Source: Planctomycetota bacterium
GTDB taxonomy: Bacteria; Planctomycetota; UBA8108; SXIK01
Direction of reading: 5' to 3'
Assembly (NCBI GenBank): GCA_965223845.1
Contig: CBDCXR010000004.1
Coordinates: 4,480,001 to 4,544,000 of the forward strand
Length of the DNA stretch: 64,000 nucleotides
The position numbers and the translations under genes are program-made. Under the pieces are notes generated by a model. It had not been told where the DNA came from. It saw only the letters and a program-made list of their open reading frames with translations, and searched no databases. Positions within the stretch are counted from its first letter, which is position 1; the number at the start of each line of letters is the position of its first letter. This document shows, piece by piece, positions 59,176-64,000 of this stretch.

Positions 59176-60249
59176 ATGATGTGTGCGTGTTCAGGTTTTC
59201 GCGAGTTCCTTCGCAGCCCCGAGGTTCGAACTGCCGCGACGCTCTTCGTCGCAGCAGCGCTGCTCGCTTGCGACGCAGAACGGACGGAATCGGGTTCCCC
59301 CGCGCCGAGCACGGCTGAGTCCCCCGCCCGATCGCAATCCTCGCCGCCCGAATTGCCGGCGCCCGAGCTCGTGAAGCTCGGACGATTCGCCGAGGCCGAG
59401 ACGGCGCTCCGCGGTGCGATCGAGCGAGCGAGCGGATCCGATCCGAGGACGAATCCGGCGTCTCGCGCGCGCCTTCGTCACCTCCTCGCCCTCTCTCTCA
59501 GCGGTCAAGGACGACCCGCAGAAGCGCTCGTCGAAATCGAGCTCGCCGCTCGGCTCGCCGGTGACAATCCAGAGGTACAGCGCGCATTCGGCAGCATTCT
59601 AGCGAGCTGCGGCCGAACCGATGACGCGGTGCCGCGGTTCCGCAAGGCGATCGAGCTCGCCGAAGCGTTTCGCGCCAAGACGGGACTCGACGTCCCCGAC
59701 CTCCATCGCTGGCGGTATGCGCTCGCTCAGGCTCTACGCCGATCGGGAAACGACGAGGAAGCCGCGCGAGAGATCGACATCTACGAACGCTCTCAGACGC
59801 GCGAGATCGAGCTTCGCAGTCTCGCGCGACGGGCGCGCGAACGGGGAACGGCCGCCGCGCACTGCGATCACGGGAAAGCACTCCGCGCGGCCGGTGAGCT
59901 CCAGCGTTCCGCCGAGGCGTTTCGCGCTGCGATTTCGGTGGACGAGACTTCTGCGAACGCTCAGCTCGGCCTCGCTGCCGTGCTCACCGACGACGCCGCG
60001 TCGCGAACGCCCTCGCCGTTTCGCACGGAGCTCCTCAAGCTGGCGAAGAGTCACGCGAAGCTGGGTCTCGCCGTCGAAGAATCGCCGGGCGCGCTCCTCG
60101 CCGTTGCGCGCGTCGAGTGGCTCCGCGGAGAGGTCGATTCCGCCGAGGCACTGTTCGCCCGGGCTCTCGCGCTCGCGGGCGACGAACCCGGCACCGCCGA
60201 AGCGATCGTGGAGATTCGCACTCTCCCTCTCGGTGAGGCCGCGAGATGA
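59176..60249 (+). CDS. TPR-repeat protein, probable lipoprotein
   Basis: LFVAAALLAC lipobox; Ala/Leu-rich TPR helices; overlaps the CRTAC1 gene start (ATGA). Start uncertain. Confidence 0.75.
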   Translation: MMCACSGFREFLRSPEVRTAATLFVAAALLACDAERTESGSPAPSTAESPARSQSSPPELPAPELVKLGRFAEAETALRGAIERASGSDPRTNPASRARLRHLLALSLSGQGRPAEALVEIELAARLAGDNPEVQRAFGSILASCGRTDDAVPRFRKAIELAEAFRAKTGLDVPDLHRWRYALAQALRRSGNDEEAAREIDIYERSQTREIELRSLARRARERGTAAAHCDHGKALRAAGELQRSAEAFRAAISVDETSANAQLGLAAVLTDDAASRTPSPFRTELLKLAKSHAKLGLAVEESPGALLAVARVEWLRGEVDSAEALFARALALAGDEPGTAEAIVEIRTLPLGEAAR

Positions 60250-62051
60250 CGCGTCGCCTCTGCGCCGCACTTGTCATCGCGATCGGGGCGATCGGTCCGG
60301 CGTGTACGCCACGCCCGGATCCATCGGTCGAGCACGACCGCGCGGAGCCGCACTTCGTCGACGTCGCGAGCGCGCGCGGACTCGACTTTCGGCATCGCCG
60401 TGGGGCGCGCGGGGACCGACGGCTCCACGAAACGATGGGCGGCGGAGTCGCGTTCATCGATATCGATCGAGACGGAGATCTCGACGTCTTCGCTCCCCAA
60501 GGACAGGCGGCGCGCGAAGACGGGTCATTTCCCGAGACCGGTGTTCACCGACTCTTCCGGAGCGAAGGCGGAGCGCGCTTTACCGATGTGACCGACGCCG
60601 CGGGGCTCGGCGACCTCGGCGGCTACGGTCTCGGAGCAGCGGTGGGAGACGTCGACAACGATGGCGACTCCGACCTCTACCTCATCCGCTACGGAGACAA
60701 CGCACTCCTTCTCAATGAAGGGGGCGGCCGCTTCGTCGAGAAGCGCGATGCGGGAGTTGAAGGCGCGGCGCCATTCAGCGCGAGTGCGGCGTTCGGCGAT
60801 CTCGACGGGGATGGCTGGCTGGATCTTTTCCTCGCGGGTTACGTGAGCAAAGTCGAGGACGAGTCGCCGTGTTTTCAAACTTCGTCGACGACCGGAGAGA
60901 AGGTACGAATCTACTGCGGGCCGCATCACTTTCGCGGTGCCGTCGATCAAATCTTCCTGGGCAACGGAGACGGAACCTTTCGAGACGCCACCGCGGGCGC
61001 CGGGCTGCGTGATCCCGGGTGGGCGGTCTCGAAGAGCCTCGGCGTCGTAATCGCCGACCTCGATGACGATCGTGATCTCGACGTCTTCGTCGCCTGCGAC
61101 ACGACGGCAAACCTACTCTATAGGAACCGCGGCGACGCGACGTTCGAGGAGGACGCCCTCTGGGTCGGCGTCGCCGCGAGCGACGCGGGAGGATACGAAG
61201 GCGGCATGGGCATCGCGGCCGGAGACTTCGACGATGACGGCCGTCTCGATCTCTTCGTGACAAATTACGAGGATGAATCGAATCGTCTCTACTCGCGCGC
61301 GGACTCGCGGCACTTCGTCGACGCCACAGATCGATTCGGCGTCGGCGCCAAAAGCCATCCGAACGTCGGTTGGGGCACGGCGCTCGAAGACTTCGATCTC
61401 GACGGCGACTTGGATCTCTTCGTCGCGAACGGGCATATCTTCGACAATCTCGAAGCGTGGAGCGACAAGGGCGCGTACCGGCAGCGAAACGCATTCTTTC
61501 GCTTTCAGCGTGAAGAGATCGCTCCGGGCGGTGCAGCAAACACCGCGGAGCGATCCGGACGGTTCGTAGACGCGAGCCGAGCCATCGGACCGCCGTGCCG
61601 CGGCGAGCGCTCGCACCGAGGGGTGGCCGCCGGAGACTTCGACTCCGACGGCCGCGTCGACCTTCTGGTGTCCGCTCTAGACGAACCGCTCCTACTCTTT
61701 CGGAATCGAACGGCGAGACACGGCCGCGGATTCCTCGTCGTCGAGCTCGTAGGCGACGGACCGGGCGGGCGCGACGCGATCGGGGCGCGCGTCGACATCG
61801 AGTCGGCCGGCACCCGACAGTCGCGTTGGCGGATCGGCGGGGGAAGTTACCTTTCAGCACCCGACCATCGCCTTCACTTCGGCCTCCCTTCTTCGAAGCC
61901 GATCGACACGCTCGTCGTCACCTGGCCCGACGGCGGAGTCGAACGCCTCCCTCCTCCACCTGTCGATACCTTCGTTCGAATCGAACGCGGCCGCGGGAGC
62001 GCGGAGATCGTTGACCGACGATCTCCCGACGCAGCCGACGGCGACGACTGA
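60246..62051 (+). CDS. CRTAC1-family FG-GAP repeat protein with ASPIC/UnbV domain
   Basis: ETMGGGVAFIDIDRDGDLD, repeated GDxDxDGxxDL, GMGIAAGD, VGWGT, RDAIGARV...GGSYLS...LHFGL...VTWPDG. Confidence 0.92.
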   Translation: MTRRLCAALVIAIGAIGPACTPRPDPSVEHDRAEPHFVDVASARGLDFRHRRGARGDRRLHETMGGGVAFIDIDRDGDLDVFAPQGQAAREDGSFPETGVHRLFRSEGGARFTDVTDAAGLGDLGGYGLGAAVGDVDNDGDSDLYLIRYGDNALLLNEGGGRFVEKRDAGVEGAAPFSASAAFGDLDGDGWLDLFLAGYVSKVEDESPCFQTSSTTGEKVRIYCGPHHFRGAVDQIFLGNGDGTFRDATAGAGLRDPGWAVSKSLGVVIADLDDDRDLDVFVACDTTANLLYRNRGDATFEEDALWVGVAASDAGGYEGGMGIAAGDFDDDGRLDLFVTNYEDESNRLYSRADSRHFVDATDRFGVGAKSHPNVGWGTALEDFDLDGDLDLFVANGHIFDNLEAWSDKGAYRQRNAFFRFQREEIAPGGAANTAERSGRFVDASRAIGPPCRGERSHRGVAAGDFDSDGRVDLLVSALDEPLLLFRNRTARHGRGFLVVELVGDGPGGRDAIGARVDIESAGTRQSRWRIGGGSYLSAPDHRLHFGLPSSKPIDTLVVTWPDGGVERLPPPPVDTFVRIERGRGSAEIVDRRSPDAADGDD

Positions 62052-62218
62052 TCGGCGACTCGGAAGCGACCATCCGATCGGATACCATGGAAGGGTCTGG
62101 GTCCATCGGTTCGGCGCGCTCCCCCCTCGGTCACATCTCTCCCTGCCGCCGGACGACCGGTGTCGCGACCGACACCAGCGGGCCGCTCAGCGTGGGATCA
62201 GCAAACGAGGAAAACACT

Positions 62219-64000
62219 ATGTCCGGGCCCGATCGACGCGGCGTCCGTTCTTGGCGCGTTCTAGTCGTATCCGTCGCTCTCCAAGCGGCCGCCGGTGCGA
62301 CACTCGAAGCGCAGCCCTATGGCCTCGATACTCGACCGGCGGCGCAGCCGTACCTCGGCATGCCTGCGTCTCTCCCGACGCCGAGCGGCGATTTCGTCAC
62401 CGAGCTCGCATTCCCGAACCTGACGTTTCAAAACCCCGTCTTTCTCACGCACGCGCCGTCGTCGAACATCATGTACGTCTGCGAGCGAGAGGGACGTATC
62501 TATTCGTTCCCGAACGATCCCGGGACGTCGTCGAAGACGCTCGTTCTCGACGTCAGTGCGCAGACGCAGGGCTGGGACGACTGCGGCCTTCTCGGCATGG
62601 CCTTTCACCCGGAGTTCGGCGTTTCGGGTTCCCCGAACCGCGGCTACTTCTACGTTCTCTATCAATACAGCGACAATCCCGTCCCCGGACCCAATCGTCC
62701 GCCGGCGACGACACCCGCGTACAACCGACTCTCGCGGTTCACGATTCCGGACGGAATGTTCGTCGCGGATCCGGCATCCGAGCTCGTTCTGATCCATCAG
62801 CACGACCGCCACGTGTGGCACAACGGCGGCGCGATGTTCTTCCACCCCGTCGACGGATTCCTCTACTTCACGATCGGTGACGAAGGTGGCGCGAACGACA
62901 CCTACGATTCGTCGCAGAAGATCGATGACAAGCTTTTCGGTGGCGTCTTCCGGATCGACGTCGACATGCAGGGCGGCTCGGTCAGCCATCCGATCCGCCG
63001 GCAACCGCAAAGCTACTCGGGCAGGCCCGCGTACACGCAGAACTACTACATTCCGAACGACAACCCATGGCAGGACACGGGAGGCGGAGTTCTCGAAGAA
63101 TTCTGGGCGCTCGGCGTGCGAAGCCCGCACCGAATGACGCACGACGCGATCGACGATCTCATCTTCCTCGGCGACGTCGGCCAGGGAAGCTGGGAAGAAG
63201 TGAGCGTGATCGAGAAAGCCGGGAACTACCAATGGCCGTACAAGGAAGGATTCCACGACGGCGCGCGGTCTCCACCGGCGACCCTCATCGGGACGGAGAA
63301 ACCCCCGATTTACGATTATCCGCACGGGAGCACGTTTCCCTTCAACGGCAATTGCGTCGTCGGCGGCTATATCTACCGCGGGACGGAGCACCCGGATCTC
63401 TACGGACAGTACATCTTCGGCGACAACACGAGAGGTCGGATCTGGGCGATGGATCTCTCTACGAACCCGCCGACCGTCACCTACCTTTGCAATATGCCCG
63501 CGGGGAGCAATTACAACGGGCTCTCGAGCTTCGGTGTCGGCCCCGACAACGAGCTCTATCTCTGCAAGATGGGGCACACCGGCCCCGGCTATATCTACAA
63601 GCTCGGACGCACGGGGACGACCGGTCCACCGGTCCCACCGCTCCTCTCGCAGACGGGAGCCTTCTCGGACGTCGTCAATCTGACGGCATCTTCCGAGCTG
63701 ATCCCCTTCGACGTCGGTTCACCGCTTTGGTCGGACAGTGCGATCAAGACGCGCTGGATCTCGGTTCCAAACACGGGCGCAATCCCCGCGACCGACGAGC
63801 AGATCGCGTTCGGCGCGACGGGTGAATGGAGCTTTCCGACGGGAACCGTGTTTGTAAAGCACTTCGAGCTCGTCGTCGATGAGGTCACTCTCGCGCGGCG
63901 TCGACTCGAAACGCGTCTCGTCGTTCAAAAAAATGACGGCGGCGTCTACGGTGTCACGTACAAGTGGCGTCCGGACGAGAGCGATGCGGATCTGATCCTC
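62219..64000 (+). CDS. Secreted PQQ-dependent sugar (glucose/sorbosone) dehydrogenase-like protein (partial, runs off window end)
   Basis: Absent from the ORF track. ATG 62219 with GAGGA RBS: MSGPDRRGVRSWRVLVVSVALQAAAGATLEAQPYGLD, AFPNLTF, GLLGMAFHPEF, HNGGAMFF, IGDEGG, ALGVRSPHR, GDVGQ, PPLLSQTGAF, LWSD, FPTGTVFVKHFEL. Confidence 0.88.
   Translation, partial: MSGPDRRGVRSWRVLVVSVALQAAAGATLEAQPYGLDTRPAAQPYLGMPASLPTPSGDFVTELAFPNLTFQNPVFLTHAPSSNIMYVCEREGRIYSFPNDPGTSSKTLVLDVSAQTQGWDDCGLLGMAFHPEFGVSGSPNRGYFYVLYQYSDNPVPGPNRPPATTPAYNRLSRFTIPDGMFVADPASELVLIHQHDRHVWHNGGAMFFHPVDGFLYFTIGDEGGANDTYDSSQKIDDKLFGGVFRIDVDMQGGSVSHPIRRQPQSYSGRPAYTQNYYIPNDNPWQDTGGGVLEEFWALGVRSPHRMTHDAIDDLIFLGDVGQGSWEEVSVIEKAGNYQWPYKEGFHDGARSPPATLIGTEKPPIYDYPHGSTFPFNGNCVVGGYIYRGTEHPDLYGQYIFGDNTRGRIWAMDLSTNPPTVTYLCNMPAGSNYNGLSSFGVGPDNELYLCKMGHTGPGYIYKLGRTGTTGPPVPPLLSQTGAFSDVVNLTASSELIPFDVGSPLWSDSAIKTRWISVPNTGAIPATDEQIAFGATGEWSFPTGTVFVKHFELVVDEVTLARRRLETRLVVQKNDGGVYGVTYKWRPDESDADLIL

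Overview
GC-rich bacterial DNA, probably from a Planctomycetota genome. This is an inference from a TIGR02999-type ECF sigma next to a Ser/Thr kinase, dockerin-like GDxNxDG modules, and CRTAC1/ASPIC-UnbV, DUF1080, CotH-LTD and PQQ-sugar-dehydrogenase proteins. I saw no rRNA, tRNA or CRISPR array. (1) Positions 1-21.5 kb hold two divergent, paralogous two-gene modules. Each is a soluble Ser/Thr kinase with three TIR/DUF4062-like domains, translationally coupled to an nSTAND1 NTPase-transmembrane-WD40 protein. The right-hand module follows an ECF sigma factor whose region 2.2 carries Thr in place of the DAED motif. The first TIR domain lacks the NADase glutamate in both copies. Together this suggests a Toll/NLR-like receptor-adaptor-kinase-sigma relay. 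Transposase debris (two RAYT-like remnants and an IS3 fragment) lies between the modules. (2) At 47.2-49.7 kb an ECF sigma is coupled to an anti-sigma/FecR-like protein fused to a serpin with an inhibitory-type hinge, a candidate protease-sensing system. (3) At 33.8-42.5 kb two tandem dockerin-cohesin-cohesin-dockerin secreted proteins sit divergent from a giant pseudokinase-AAA-TPR-sigma54 activator, across back-to-back sigma54-like promoters. The rest is a frameshifted BrnT/HTH toxin-antitoxin locus, a truncated rtcA, carbohydrate-related genes (PL11 lyase, DUF1080, esterase, Gfo/Idh/MocA enzymes, MFS), an RRM protein, CotH, a C45 peptidase, a second sigma54 activator, an RND permease, a TPR/CRTAC1 pair and a partial PQQ-dependent dehydrogenase. 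All family calls come from motif recognition by eye; no database searches were run.
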